A stretch of DNA of 64,000 bases from an uncultured bacterium (GCA_937924755.1 CALEVZ010000005.1:22609-86608), one strand, 5' to 3'. Positions 28,659 to 38,540 are shown, numbered from the stretch's first letter. The notes: generated by a model not told the origin, from the letters alone. Made by a program: numbers and translations.

Positions 28659-29774
28659 CTAGCTTTTTTCGTGGCTTTTTTCGATCAACTGAACCGCTCC
28701 GGGGGCGACCGGATCCAGCTGCAACGCCTTCGTGGCCAGGCGGCGGGCCCGGGCCGGGCGCCCCGCCGCCAGCTCGGCGCGCGCCAGAGCCACCCAGGCG
28801 TCGGCCAGGCGCGGGTCCAGACGCCTGGCCCTGAGGTACAGCCGGCGCGCCTCCATCACCTTGCCGCGGGCCAGCTCGACGTCGCCCCGGACGATGAGGA
28901 GGTGGGGCGAGGCGGCGGAAAGGCGGGCAGCGGCCAACGCCGCCTCGGCCTCGAAGGTCCGCCCCAGCGAGGTGTAGAGCAGGGCCAGGTTGGACAGCAC
29001 GGTGGGGTTGTTGGGGTCGCCGCGCAACGCTTCGGAGTAGGCGGTGAAGGCTCCGGCGATGTCCCCGAGGCGCCGTCGGGCGACCCCCAGGTTGCCCCAG
29101 GCGGCGGAGAAGTCGGGGGCCAGCTTGACCGCGTCGGCGAAGAGCCGAGCGGCAGCCTCGGGGTGGCGCAGGCGCAGTTCGTCGGCACCGCGGTTGTTGA
29201 GGTAGAGGGCGGTCACCCACAGGTCATCGAGGGGGCGAACGGCGGTGGGTTGACGCCGGCGGGTGCGATCGAAATCGAAATAGATCGTTCCGCCCGCCTG
29301 GGTGAACAGGGCCACCACGTGGGTGTTGACCACGATGAGGTCGTCTTCCCTCTCGCTGCCGCGCAGTCGGGTGACCAGGCCGGTCTGCACCCGAATCCCC
29401 AGCGAGCGCCCCAGGGCCACGAACAGGTTGGTGAACGACAGGCAGTTGCCCTCGCGGCGGTAGTAGGCTTCAGCGGCGGTCAAAGTGGTCTTGACCTCGT
29501 AGGCAAAGGCGAAACGCTTCTCGTCGAAAAGGGCATCCTGAAGGCGGCGAAGGCGGTCGGCATCGTCGCCGGGGCCGACCAGGCGCATGGCCTCGGCCCG
29601 CATGTCCGCGGTGAAGGCGAGGGGGTTGGGAACCTGGGCGGGGTCCACGCCGCGAGAGCGGAGCTCCCTCTCCCACTGAGCCGGCTCCAGGAAGGTGAGG
29701 GAGTGGCTGGCCGAGGCGCAGGCGCCCAGCATGGCCGTGGCTGCCACTACTGCGGCGAGTCGCAGTTCCCTCAC
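28659..29774 (-). CDS. Lipoprotein with a transglutaminase-like cysteine-protease core and TPR repeats
   Basis: Lipobox AMLGAC. GNCLSFTNLFVALGRSLG is a transglutaminase-like Cys motif. The C-terminal half carries tandem TPR-type helices (AWGNLGVARRRLGD..., LSNLALLYTSLGR...). Confidence 0.6.
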   Translation of the reverse strand: MRELRLAAVVAATAMLGACASASHSLTFLEPAQWERELRSRGVDPAQVPNPLAFTADMRAEAMRLVGPGDDADRLRRLQDALFDEKRFAFAYEVKTTLTAAEAYYRREGNCLSFTNLFVALGRSLGIRVQTGLVTRLRGSEREDDLIVVNTHVVALFTQAGGTIYFDFDRTRRRQPTAVRPLDDLWVTALYLNNRGADELRLRHPEAAARLFADAVKLAPDFSAAWGNLGVARRRLGDIAGAFTAYSEALRGDPNNPTVLSNLALLYTSLGRTFEAEAALAAARLSAASPHLLIVRGDVELARGKVMEARRLYLRARRLDPRLADAWVALARAELAAGRPARARRLATKALQLDPVAPGAVQLIEKSHEKS

Positions 29775-29805
29775 ACCGGCAGTATACGGGGCTGGCCCGC
29801 CTCGG

Positions 29806-30036
29806 CTACCCGGACGCGGCAGCGCGTAGCTCCGCGAGAATATGGGCGAGGTCGGTCACTCCCTTGGCCAGGGCCACCTCCCGCAGCGTCCCCCACACCG
29901 GCTCGCCGCACTGCACACAGACGATCCCCCAGCGTCGCAGCAGCGCCGGCGCCCGCGGGACCCTTGCCACCAGCTCTTCGATCGGGATATCCTCGTGGAT
30001 GAAGTCACCCGCCTCAGACGACTGCGCCGTGTTCAT
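29806..30036 (-). CDS. DUF1858 small redox-disulfide-type protein
   Basis: About 76 aa from ATG 30036. IPIEELVARVPRAPALLRRWGIVCVQCGEPVWGTLREVA with a CxxC matches the DUF1858 pattern. Confidence 0.55.
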   Translation of the reverse strand: MNTAQSSEAGDFIHEDIPIEELVARVPRAPALLRRWGIVCVQCGEPVWGTLREVALAKGVTDLAHILAELRAAASG

Positions 30037-30194
30037 CGCCCGGGACTTTAGGCGGCGGCCGGGCCGCCGGTCAAGGTGGTGGTGTCGTCGCGGCTGGCCG
30101 GTGGAAAGTTGCTGCCTCTCTCGTGGTCTCCCGCGCCGCGAAACGCGGTAAGCTTTGCGCCGTCGGTTGTCAGCTTTCATCATGGAGGAGGACG

Positions 30195-30980
30195 ATGAGC
30201 GAGATGCCCGTAGTGACCGTCGAGGATCGGCAGGGGGTGCGGTGGGTGACCATCAATCGGCCGGACAAGCTCAATGCCCTCAATCGCCAGGTGCTCGCCG
30301 CCCTGGGCGAGGCGATGGCGGCCGCGGTTGAGGCGCGCGAGGTGCGGGTGGTGGTGATCACCGGAGCAGGCGCGAAGGCGTTCGTGGCCGGGGCCGACAT
30401 TTCCGAGTTCCAGGGGCTGTCCACGGCGCAAGCGCAGGAGCTGGCGCGGCGGGGGCAGCGCCTGTACGACGCCATCGAACGCTGTCCCAAGCCGGTCATC
30501 GCGGCGATCAATGGCTTTGCCCTGGGTGGGGGGTGCGAGCTGGCTATGGCCTGCCACCTGCGGGTCGCCTCCAGCACCGCCCGCTTTGGGCAACCCGAGG
30601 TGAAGCTGGGGCTGATCCCCGGCTACGGCGGCACCCAGCGCCTGCCCCGCCTGGTGGGACGGGGGCGGGCCCTGCAGCTGCTGCTCACGGGCGGCATGAT
30701 CGACGCCGCCACGGCGTTGGCCTGGGGGCTGGTCAACCGGGTGGTGGAACCCGCCCAGCTGGCCGAGACAGTGCAGACCCTGGCGGCCGAGATCATGGCG
30801 GTTTCGCCCGGGGCGGTGCGCCGCTGCCTCGAGGCCGTCGCGGTAGGTCTCGACAGCCCGATGGACAAGGCCCAGGACATGGAGGCGGCGTTGTTCGGCC
30901 TGTGCTTCGGGTCGCCCGACGCCCGCGAAGGCACCGAGGCGTTCCTCGCCAAGCGCCCCCCCCAGTTCCAGCCCGAGTAG
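30195..30980 (+). CDS. Enoyl-CoA hydratase (crotonase family)
   Basis: GGAGGAGG SD before ATG 30195. VTINRPDKLNAL, VVVITGAGAKAFVAGADI, NGFALGGGCELAMACH and GLIPGYGGTQRLPR are present. Confidence 0.85.
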   Translation: MSEMPVVTVEDRQGVRWVTINRPDKLNALNRQVLAALGEAMAAAVEAREVRVVVITGAGAKAFVAGADISEFQGLSTAQAQELARRGQRLYDAIERCPKPVIAAINGFALGGGCELAMACHLRVASSTARFGQPEVKLGLIPGYGGTQRLPRLVGRGRALQLLLTGGMIDAATALAWGLVNRVVEPAQLAETVQTLAAEIMAVSPGAVRRCLEAVAVGLDSPMDKAQDMEAALFGLCFGSPDAREGTEAFLAKRPPQFQPE

Positions 30981-31117
30981 CCTCGAGGGCGGAGAATAGG
31001 TTCCACCGTCTTGGACGTTGAAATTCAAAAGGCGTGTCGGGCAGTTTTCGGCACTGCCTGAGGTGGGTCCGTCGCCTGCGTTCCCCCCGGCGCAGAACCG
31101 GCAGAAAGGGGTGATCC

Positions 31118-32290
31118 GTGGAGGAGACGAGCAATCTGGGCATCATCGGCTGGGATGCGTTTCATTTCATTGTCGCCGACCTGGAGCGCAGTCGCCGCTT
31201 CTATACCACCATGATGAAGGTGCCGGAAGTGGCGCGGCTTGACCCACGGCATGCCGCGGAGCAGGGGGAAGAGGCGGTGATGTTTGGCGTGGGGCGGGCG
31301 CGGCTGATCTGCGTCGGCCCTCGAGAGCGCGGCTCGCGGGCCGAGCGCTGGCTGCGTCGGCACCCCGACGGGATAGCGGTGCTGACCCTGCGGGTGCGGG
31401 ACGTGGAGGCGGCCCGCCGGCGGCTGGAGGAGCGCAACGCCACCTTCGTCACGGGCCTGGTTTCGGCGCCCGACCATCGCGGCCGACCCTACCGCTACTT
31501 CGACATCGCCACGCCTTTGGGAGATGTGCGACTGCGCTTCGTGGAGCGGGCGAACGATGCGCTGCCACCGGGATTCACGCCGCTGCACGAGGGCGGAGAG
31601 GACAACCCCTTCGGCTTCCAGGTGGTCGACCATGTCACCTCTAACTTCTTGACTATCTGGCCTTTCGTTACCTGGCTGCGGGACGTGTTGGGGTTCGAGG
31701 AGTTCTGGCGGGTGCACTTCCACACCTCGGACCTGCGGGGGGGCAACGGTGGTTCGGGGCTCGCCTCCATCGTCATGACCGACCCCGAGTCGGGGATCAA
31801 GCTGGCCAACAACGAGCCGGCCGCCCCCAACTACGAGGCCAGCCAAATTTACACCTTCGTCGAGTCCAACTGCGGCCCCGGGGTGCAGCATGTGGCTTTC
31901 CACGTGCCAGCCATCATTCCGGCGGTGGAGGGGCTGCGCCGGTGTGGTATCGAGTTCCTGGATACCCCGGCGACGTACTACGACATGCTGCCCGCCAGGC
32001 TGTCGCGCCTGCGCGTCACCACCCTCGAGGAGAACGTCGAGGATCTGCGTCGGTTGGGCATCCTGGTGGATGGGGGCGATGACCGCTACCTGCTGCAGAT
32101 CTTCATGGTGGAGGGGGGGGTGCTGTACGGGGACGAAAAGGCCGGGCCGTTTTTTTACGAGGTGATCCAGCGGCGGGGCGCGCGCGGCTTCGGGGAGGGC
32201 AATTTCCGCGCCCTCTTCGAGGCCATCGAGCGGGACCAGGAGCGGCGGCTGCAGGTGCAACGCCAGTTCGCCGCCGGCGCCGGCTCGTGA
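31118..32290 (+). CDS. hppD: 4-hydroxyphenylpyruvate dioxygenase
   Basis: Two VOC modules. VQHVAFHV, LLQIF and the C-terminal FYEVIQRRGARGFGEGNFRALFEAIERDQ are HPPD hallmarks. Confidence 0.9.
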   Translation: MEETSNLGIIGWDAFHFIVADLERSRRFYTTMMKVPEVARLDPRHAAEQGEEAVMFGVGRARLICVGPRERGSRAERWLRRHPDGIAVLTLRVRDVEAARRRLEERNATFVTGLVSAPDHRGRPYRYFDIATPLGDVRLRFVERANDALPPGFTPLHEGGEDNPFGFQVVDHVTSNFLTIWPFVTWLRDVLGFEEFWRVHFHTSDLRGGNGGSGLASIVMTDPESGIKLANNEPAAPNYEASQIYTFVESNCGPGVQHVAFHVPAIIPAVEGLRRCGIEFLDTPATYYDMLPARLSRLRVTTLEENVEDLRRLGILVDGGDDRYLLQIFMVEGGVLYGDEKAGPFFYEVIQRRGARGFGEGNFRALFEAIERDQERRLQVQRQFAAGAGS

Positions 32291-32321
32291 GGCGCACCCG
32301 ACGAGAAGAGGAGATGAGCCC

Positions 32322-33506
32322 GTGATTCACCGCGTGCAAAAGGGAAGTGTGCCGGCAAAACCCCACACGGCGTTCTACGTGGAGGGCCGGCTGGCGTACG
32401 AGCACTGTTTCACGCGCCGGGGGTTCGAGGGGGCATATACCATTCTGTATCACCGCCGCGAGCCCCACTGGGTGCGCACCGAGGAGGAACTGGGGGCCCA
32501 TCCGGGGGCATCGCCCACCGCCTGGGACGGGCCGGTGCGGCGGCGCCACTTCCTCACACCCCAACTGCCGGAGGGGGGGGAGCCGTTTCTCGGCCGCAAG
32601 TTGCTGCTGGCCAACAAGGACGTGGGGGTATGGATCGCCCGTCCGACGGCGGACGACACCACTCTGGTGGCCAACGGGGATGGCGACGAGCTGATCTTCG
32701 TCCACTCGGGGCGCGGCCGGCTGGAGTGTCCCCTGGGCGTCCTGCACTTCTCGCCCGGCGACTACGTCTTCGTCCCCAGGGCATTGCCCTACCGGCTGCG
32801 GCTGTCTGAACCGGGTTTTTTCCTGATTCTGGAAGGACGCAGTTTCATCGATGTCCCCAGACAGTTTCGCAACCCCGCGGGACAGCTGTTGATGGGGGCG
32901 CCCTACTCCCACCGGGATTTCCAGGAGCCGGCCTGGCCCGATGGCGGGCCGGCAACCCTCGGGGCACCCCGGGTGGTGACCCTGCTGCGTCATGGTCGAC
33001 TGTCGCGCCTCGAGTACGTGCACGACCCCTTCGACGTCATCGGGTGGGACGGCCAGGTGTGGCCGTTTGTCTTCCCCATCCGCTGCTTCCAGCCCAAGAC
33101 TGGCCTCGTGCACCTGCCGCCCACCATCCACACCACCTTTGCCGGGGGGGGCTTTGTCGTGTGCTCCTTCGTCCCCCGGGTGGTGGACTTCCACCCCCAG
33201 GCCATCCCTTGCCCCTACCCCCACTCCTCGGTCGACTGCGACGAGGTGATCTTCTACGCCGAGGGGAACTTTACCAGTCGTCGCGGGGTTGGCCCCGCGT
33301 CGGTGACCCTGCACCCCATCGGGCTCCCCCACGGGCCGCATCCGGGTCGGTACGAGGCCTCCATCGGCACCACCCGCACCGACGAGCTGGCGGTGATGGT
33401 TGACACCTTCGCACCCCTGCTGCCCAGCGACCACGCCCGCGCCGTGGAGGCGCCCGGCTACAACCAGAGCTGGCTGGCCGGCGAGAACGGGGGAGTGATG
33501 GAATGA
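32322..33506 (+). CDS. hmgA: Homogentisate 1,2-dioxygenase (short bacterial form)
   Basis: The cupin core CPYPHSSVDCDEVIFYAEG ... LHPIGLPHGPHPG, and its position immediately after hppD. Confidence 0.8.
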   Translation: MIHRVQKGSVPAKPHTAFYVEGRLAYEHCFTRRGFEGAYTILYHRREPHWVRTEEELGAHPGASPTAWDGPVRRRHFLTPQLPEGGEPFLGRKLLLANKDVGVWIARPTADDTTLVANGDGDELIFVHSGRGRLECPLGVLHFSPGDYVFVPRALPYRLRLSEPGFFLILEGRSFIDVPRQFRNPAGQLLMGAPYSHRDFQEPAWPDGGPATLGAPRVVTLLRHGRLSRLEYVHDPFDVIGWDGQVWPFVFPIRCFQPKTGLVHLPPTIHTTFAGGGFVVCSFVPRVVDFHPQAIPCPYPHSSVDCDEVIFYAEGNFTSRRGVGPASVTLHPIGLPHGPHPGRYEASIGTTRTDELAVMVDTFAPLLPSDHARAVEAPGYNQSWLAGENGGVME

Positions 33507-35461
33507 GTGCGGGCCCGCCCGGGTGGGTGTGGCACCCCCGCCCCGACGATCTGGCCAACTCCCACGTGGCGCGGCTGCTGCGGCGCGCCGGGGTGAGCGA
33601 CGTCGGTGAGCTGCGTCGGCGCGCCGCCGCCGAGCCTGAATGGTTTTACCCCCTCATCCTGGAAGATCTGGGGGTGGAGTGGTTCCGACCCTACCGGCGG
33701 CTCAAGGATGACAGCCGCGGGCTCCCCTGGTGCGAGTGGTTCGAGGGCGGGGAGCTCAACCTCGTCCACAACGTCCTCGACCGTCACCTGCGGGATGGCT
33801 GGGACAAGGCCACGGCGGTGATCGCCGAGGGCGAGACTCGACCGGTGGAGTTCCTCACCTACGGCGAACTGGGTCAACGGGTGGCGCGCCTGGCCGGCGC
33901 CCTGCGCCACCTGGGGGTGGGGGCAGGGGACGCCGTGGGGTTTTACCTGCCCATGACCACCGAGGTGGTGGTGGCGCTGCTGGCGTGCCTGAAGATCGGT
34001 GCCGTGCCGGTGCCGGTGTTTGCCGGCTTCGGCGCCGAGGCGCTGGCGGCCCGCCTGGCCGACGCCGGGGCGCGGGTACTGCTCACCGCCGATGGCACCC
34101 GGCGGCGGGACAAGACGTTGGGCCTCAAGGCGCTGGCGGATTCTGCCGCCGACCTGGCCGGTTGTGTGGAACACCTGGTGGTGCTGCGGCACCTCGGAGA
34201 CTCGATTTCCTGGACGCCGCGGGACCACTGGTGGCACGAGCTGGAGGCGACGGCCCAACCGGTGGATGTCACGATGACCCTGCCCGCTTCGGCGCGCTCC
34301 CTCGTCCTCTACACCTCGGGCACCACGGGCAAACCCAAGGGGGTGGTCCACACCCACGCCGGAGTGCTGGTAGTGACCGCCAAGGAGGTGGGGTACCACT
34401 TGGACGTGCGGCCGGGCGAGCGCATGCTGTGGCTCACCGATATCGGCTGGATGATGGGCCCCTGGGAGATTCTCGGGGTGCTCTTCCACCGGGGTACCGT
34501 GGTGGTGCTGGACGGCGTGCCCGACTACCCCCACCCCGGTCGGCTGTGGGAGTTGGCCGCACGCCACCGGGTCACCCACCTGGGTCTGGCCCCCACCGCC
34601 GCCCGGGTGCTCCGCGCTCACGAGGAGAACCCGCGTCGGCAGTTCCACCTGAGTGCCCTGCGGGTGCTCGGCTCCACCGGCGAACCCTGGGACGAGGAGA
34701 CCTACCTCTGGTACCACCACCGGGTGGGTGGGGGCAGCTGTCCGGTGATCAACATCTCGGGGGGTACCGAGCTCATGGGGTGCCTGCTGGCGCCGCTGCC
34801 GGTGGCCCCCCTCAAGGCCACCTCGCTGCAGGGTCCGGCGCTGGGGATGGACGTGGACGTGGTGGATGATGCGGGCAACCCGGTACGGGGAGGGGTGGGA
34901 CACCTGGTTTGCCGCTCCCCCGCCCCCAACATGACCCGCGGCTTCCTCAACGACCCGCAGCGTTACCTCGAGACGTACTTCTCCCGCTTCGGCGAGGCCA
35001 TCTGGGACCACGGCGACTGGGCGCACATCGACGAAGATGGTCAGTGGTACCTCTCCGGCCGCGCCGACGATACTCTGAAGATCGCCGGCAAGCGTGTGGG
35101 ACCGGGGGAGGTGGAGGCCGCCGCCATCACCCATCCCGCGGTGCGGGAGGCGGCGGCGGTGGGGTTGCCGGATGCCCTCAAGGGGATGCGGCTGGTGCTG
35201 GTGGCGGTACCCCGGGAGGAGCAGCCGCCCTCGCCGGAGCTGGATCGGCAGGTGGCCGACCATGTGGCCGCCGCCCTGGGGTCTTCCCTGCGGCCCGCCG
35301 CGGTGGTGTGGGTGCCGGCTCTGCCGGTGACGCGATCGGGTAAGATTCTGCGCGGCGCTCTTCGCCGCGTGCTGGCCGGCGAGGACCCGGGAAGCCTGGC
35401 GTCCGCGGCCAACCCCGAGGTGCTCCAGGCAGTTCCGGTGCTACACCCGCAGGACGGCTGA
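33503..35461 (+). CDS. AMP-forming acyl-CoA synthetase (acetyl-/acetoacetyl-CoA synthetase family)
   Basis: LYTSGTTGKPKGVVH (AMP motif), WMMGP, GEPW and GDW..IDEDGQWYLSGRADDTLKIAGKRVGPGEVE. The start overlaps the hmgA stop (ATGA at 33503-33506). Confidence 0.8.
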   Translation: MSAGPPGWVWHPRPDDLANSHVARLLRRAGVSDVGELRRRAAAEPEWFYPLILEDLGVEWFRPYRRLKDDSRGLPWCEWFEGGELNLVHNVLDRHLRDGWDKATAVIAEGETRPVEFLTYGELGQRVARLAGALRHLGVGAGDAVGFYLPMTTEVVVALLACLKIGAVPVPVFAGFGAEALAARLADAGARVLLTADGTRRRDKTLGLKALADSAADLAGCVEHLVVLRHLGDSISWTPRDHWWHELEATAQPVDVTMTLPASARSLVLYTSGTTGKPKGVVHTHAGVLVVTAKEVGYHLDVRPGERMLWLTDIGWMMGPWEILGVLFHRGTVVVLDGVPDYPHPGRLWELAARHRVTHLGLAPTAARVLRAHEENPRRQFHLSALRVLGSTGEPWDEETYLWYHHRVGGGSCPVINISGGTELMGCLLAPLPVAPLKATSLQGPALGMDVDVVDDAGNPVRGGVGHLVCRSPAPNMTRGFLNDPQRYLETYFSRFGEAIWDHGDWAHIDEDGQWYLSGRADDTLKIAGKRVGPGEVEAAAITHPAVREAAAVGLPDALKGMRLVLVAVPREEQPPSPELDRQVADHVAAALGSSLRPAAVVWVPALPVTRSGKILRGALRRVLAGEDPGSLASAANPEVLQAVPVLHPQDG

Positions 35462-35480
35462 GGGCGAGCCGCAGGCGGCG

Positions 35481-36710
35481 ATGGTTGATGGCGCACACCT
35501 GATCCACGACTGGAACGCCGGGGGAGAGGTCCTCTCCCCGGCGCGGGCGCTGTCGTTCGACGACGAGACGCTGCGCGACGGCCTGCAGAGCCCCTCGGTG
35601 AAGAACCCCACGCTGGCCGAAAAGATCGAGTTTCTCCACCTGGCCGCGGCGCTGGGAATCACCTCCGCCGACGTGGGCCTGCCCGGGGCGGGGGAGCGCG
35701 CCGCCGCCGATGCCCGCGCCCTGGTGCAGGAGATCGTCGCCGCCCGCCTGCCCATCGTTCCCAACTGCGCCGCCCGCACCACCGAGAGCGACATCGTCCC
35801 CATCCTGGAGATCGCCTACCACACCGGGTTGCCGGTGGAGATCGCCCTGTTCGTGGGGGCCTCGCCGATTCGCTTCTTCGTCGAGGGGTGGACCCTCGAT
35901 GACGTGCTGCGGCGGGCCGAGCGCTGCGTGCGCACGGCGGTGGCCCACGGGGTGCCGGTGACCTTCGTCACCGAGGATACGACGCGCTCCCACCCCGACG
36001 ATCTGCGGCGCATCGTCGGTGTGGCCGTGCGGGCCGGGGCCCGGCGGGTGTGCGTGGCCGACACGGTGGGGCACGCGACCCCGCAGGGAGCGGCGCGGGT
36101 GGTGCGCTTCGTGGCCGAGGTGATCCGCGCCGCCGGGGGGGACGAAGTTGGCCTGGACTGGCACGGCCACAACGACCGCGGGCTGGCCACCGCCAACGCC
36201 CTGGCGGCGGCCGCCGCCGGCGCCGACCGCCTGCACGGCACCGTCCTGGGGGTGGGAGAGCGGGTGGGCAACGCGGCCATCGAGCAGTTGCTGGTCAACG
36301 CCCGCCTGCTGGGGTGGTTTGCCGCCGACCTGCGCGGCCTGGCCGCCTACGTGCGGCACGGCGCGGCGATGCTGGGGGCGGATATCCCGCCGCGCCAGCC
36401 GGTGGTGGGGCGCGACGCCTACCGCACCTCCACCGGGGTGCACGCCGCTGCCATTCTCAAGGCAACCGCCAAGGGGGATGCGGCGCTGGCTGACCTGGTC
36501 TACTCGGCGGTGCCTGCCTCCTGGGTTGGCGAACGGCAAATCCTCGAGATCGGACCCATGTCGGGGGCCTCCAACGTCCGCCACTGGCTGGCGAGCCGCG
36601 GCCTGGACACCGGCGAAGAGGTGGTGGCGCGCCTGCTGGCGGCGGCCAAGCGCGCCGACCGCACCCTGACGGACGACGAGCTGGCGAGCCTGGTCGCTGC
36701 CGGGCCGTGA
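35481..36710 (+). CDS. DRE-TIM (HMGL-like) aldolase, isopropylmalate/homocitrate synthase-family protein
   Basis: DDETLRDGLQSP, CVADTVGHATP and WHGHNDRGLATANALAAAAAGA are the metal and substrate motifs of the LeuA/NifV/HMGL family. 409 aa. Confidence 0.7.
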   Translation: MVDGAHLIHDWNAGGEVLSPARALSFDDETLRDGLQSPSVKNPTLAEKIEFLHLAAALGITSADVGLPGAGERAAADARALVQEIVAARLPIVPNCAARTTESDIVPILEIAYHTGLPVEIALFVGASPIRFFVEGWTLDDVLRRAERCVRTAVAHGVPVTFVTEDTTRSHPDDLRRIVGVAVRAGARRVCVADTVGHATPQGAARVVRFVAEVIRAAGGDEVGLDWHGHNDRGLATANALAAAAAGADRLHGTVLGVGERVGNAAIEQLLVNARLLGWFAADLRGLAAYVRHGAAMLGADIPPRQPVVGRDAYRTSTGVHAAAILKATAKGDAALADLVYSAVPASWVGERQILEIGPMSGASNVRHWLASRGLDTGEEVVARLLAAAKRADRTLTDDELASLVAAGP

Positions 36711-37046
36711 CCCCGAGAACCGTCCTCGCATTCGTCCCGGGCGATTCCAGACGCAGTCGGTGACGGCCGAGCTCGCCCCGCCCGCGCGGCGCGGGCGCCC
36801 GGGCCCCCACCGGTCGTCGGGGATGAACTTTCGTCACCTCGGGCGAGGGCGGGGAGGCGATGTGCGGCTGATTCTCGGGAATGATGGTGGAGGGTAACCA
36901 AAGCCAGGCCGCGGGGGAGACCCCGGAAGGAAAGGCCGGGAAGCCCGCGAGGGGTCCTTCGCCGCGCCTGCCGGGCCGTTTTCGCATGAAGATTGGCCGG
37001 CGATTTCGCGGCAGGTCAATCGCCTTCTGCCGCCTCTTCCACCGCA

Positions 37047-37084
37047 CGAAAAAAGAAAGAACCCGGCGATGCTGCTGCCGGGTT
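37047..37084 (-). terminator. Rho-independent terminator of sat
   Basis: On the minus strand, 8-bp stem AACCCGGC/GCCGGGTT (37060-37067 and 37077-37084), 9-nt loop, then CUUUCUUUUUUCG. It lies 24 nt after the sat stop. Confidence 0.65.
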
Positions 37085-37107
37085 CCGGGGGGATAAGCTG
37101 GATACGT

Positions 37108-38376
37108 CTACTTCTTGGCCGCGTCGCCGGTGGCGGCGCCGTGCAGCTTGACCTCCACCTTTTCCTCCAGGGAGTCGTAATACTCCTTGAGGATGGCGAT
37201 CACCTCGGGCTTGGAGAATTCTGGGGGAACCGGCTTGCCCTCGCTCATCAGCTTGCGCAGCAGGGTGCCGGACAGCAGCAGGCGGGCGCCACCCTTGTAC
37301 TGGCCGTTGTCGTCGATCACCGCCTTGGACTCGTGGGGGCAGGTCTTCATGGAGGCCATGGTGCCGCACTCGTAGCAGTAGAAGGTCCAGTCCAGCGGCA
37401 GCGGCTTGAGGGCCAGGGCGTCGGAGGGGATCTCGTGGAAGATCCTCTGGGCGTCGAAGGGACCGTAGTAATCCCCCACGCCGGCGTGGTCGCGGCCGAC
37501 GATGAGGTGGGAGCAGCCGTAGTTCTGGCGGAAGACGGCGTGCAGCAGCGCCTCGCGGGGACCGGCGTAACGCATATCCAGCGGGTAACCGGCCTGGATC
37601 ACCCGCTCCTTGCGGAAGTACTTGTTGATGAGGGCGTCAATGGCCTTGACGCGGACGTCGGCCGGGATGTCGCCGGGCTTGAGCTTGCCGACGAGCTGGT
37701 GGATGTACACTCCGTCGCACACCTCGATGGCAATCCAGGCCAGGTAGGCGTGGGAGTTGTGCATGGGGTTGCGCAGCTGTAGGGCGGCCACGGTGGTCCA
37801 GCCACGCTCCTCGAACGCCTTGCGGGCCTCGGCGGGGCGCTGGTAGAGCCCCTTGAACTGCTCGGGGAAGTACGATTCGGAGAGCACCTTCACCGGCCCC
37901 GCCAGATTGACCTCGGCCTGCTCCATGACCATCTTGACCCCTGGGTGGGCCGGGTCAGTGGTGCGGAAGACCTGCTGGCACTCGTGGTTCTTGTCGATGG
38001 TGTACTTCTCCGTCACCTTCATGGTGGCCATCAGGGTGTCGGTCTCGGAGTCCCACAGGGCCACTTCTTCGCCAATGGCGATGGAGTCGGCCAGCTCCCT
38101 GGTGGCCGAAAGGGTGATGGGGATGGGCCAGAACAGGCCGTTTTTGGAGGGCATCTGGTACTCGTCGCAGATGCCCTTCCAGTCGTCGAAGCCCATGAAG
38201 CCGTCGAGGGGGGTGAAGCCACCGATGCCCATCATGATCAGATCACCGGTTTCGCGGCTGGTGAGCGGGACCTTCTTCATACTCGCCGCCCGCTTGATCT
38301 CATCCGCCAGGCCCTGGCCTTCCAACAGAAGAGGCTTCAGTTCAGGACTACCGTGGGGGGGTACCAGCTTGCTCAT
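37108..38376 (-). CDS. sat: Sulfate adenylyltransferase (ATP sulfurylase), dissimilatory type
   Basis: 422 aa with [21 protein letters not shown], a Cys-containing insert [15 protein letters not shown] and a C-terminal extension as in sulfate-reducer Sat. GAGGAGG SD. Confidence 0.9.
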   Translation of the reverse strand: MSKLVPPHGSPELKPLLLEGQGLADEIKRAASMKKVPLTSRETGDLIMMGIGGFTPLDGFMGFDDWKGICDEYQMPSKNGLFWPIPITLSATRELADSIAIGEEVALWDSETDTLMATMKVTEKYTIDKNHECQQVFRTTDPAHPGVKMVMEQAEVNLAGPVKVLSESYFPEQFKGLYQRPAEARKAFEERGWTTVAALQLRNPMHNSHAYLAWIAIEVCDGVYIHQLVGKLKPGDIPADVRVKAIDALINKYFRKERVIQAGYPLDMRYAGPREALLHAVFRQNYGCSHLIVGRDHAGVGDYYGPFDAQRIFHEIPSDALALKPLPLDWTFYCYECGTMASMKTCPHESKAVIDDNGQYKGGARLLLSGTLLRKLMSEGKPVPPEFSKPEVIAILKEYYDSLEEKVEVKLHGAATGDAAKK

Positions 38377-38540
38377 CGTTTCCTCCTCTTACCCTAGACT
38401 TGTTGAAGTTCCCAAACCGTAACCGGCGCCGGCGCCGACGGGTGCGGCACGGTTGCCTCCGTTCCCGCCCAAATCGGGCGCCTCCACTAGCGTCGCTGCG
38501 GCCACTCCGGCCTCGACACGGCAACGCTTTCGTGCAAACA

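Noticed and set aside
36900-36960. SRP-RNA-like CCGGAAGGAA motif in the non-coding gap.
   Set aside because: It lacks the conserved AGCA 3' side and the surrounding helix-8 architecture of bacterial SRP RNA. RNase P and tmRNA signature blocks are also absent.
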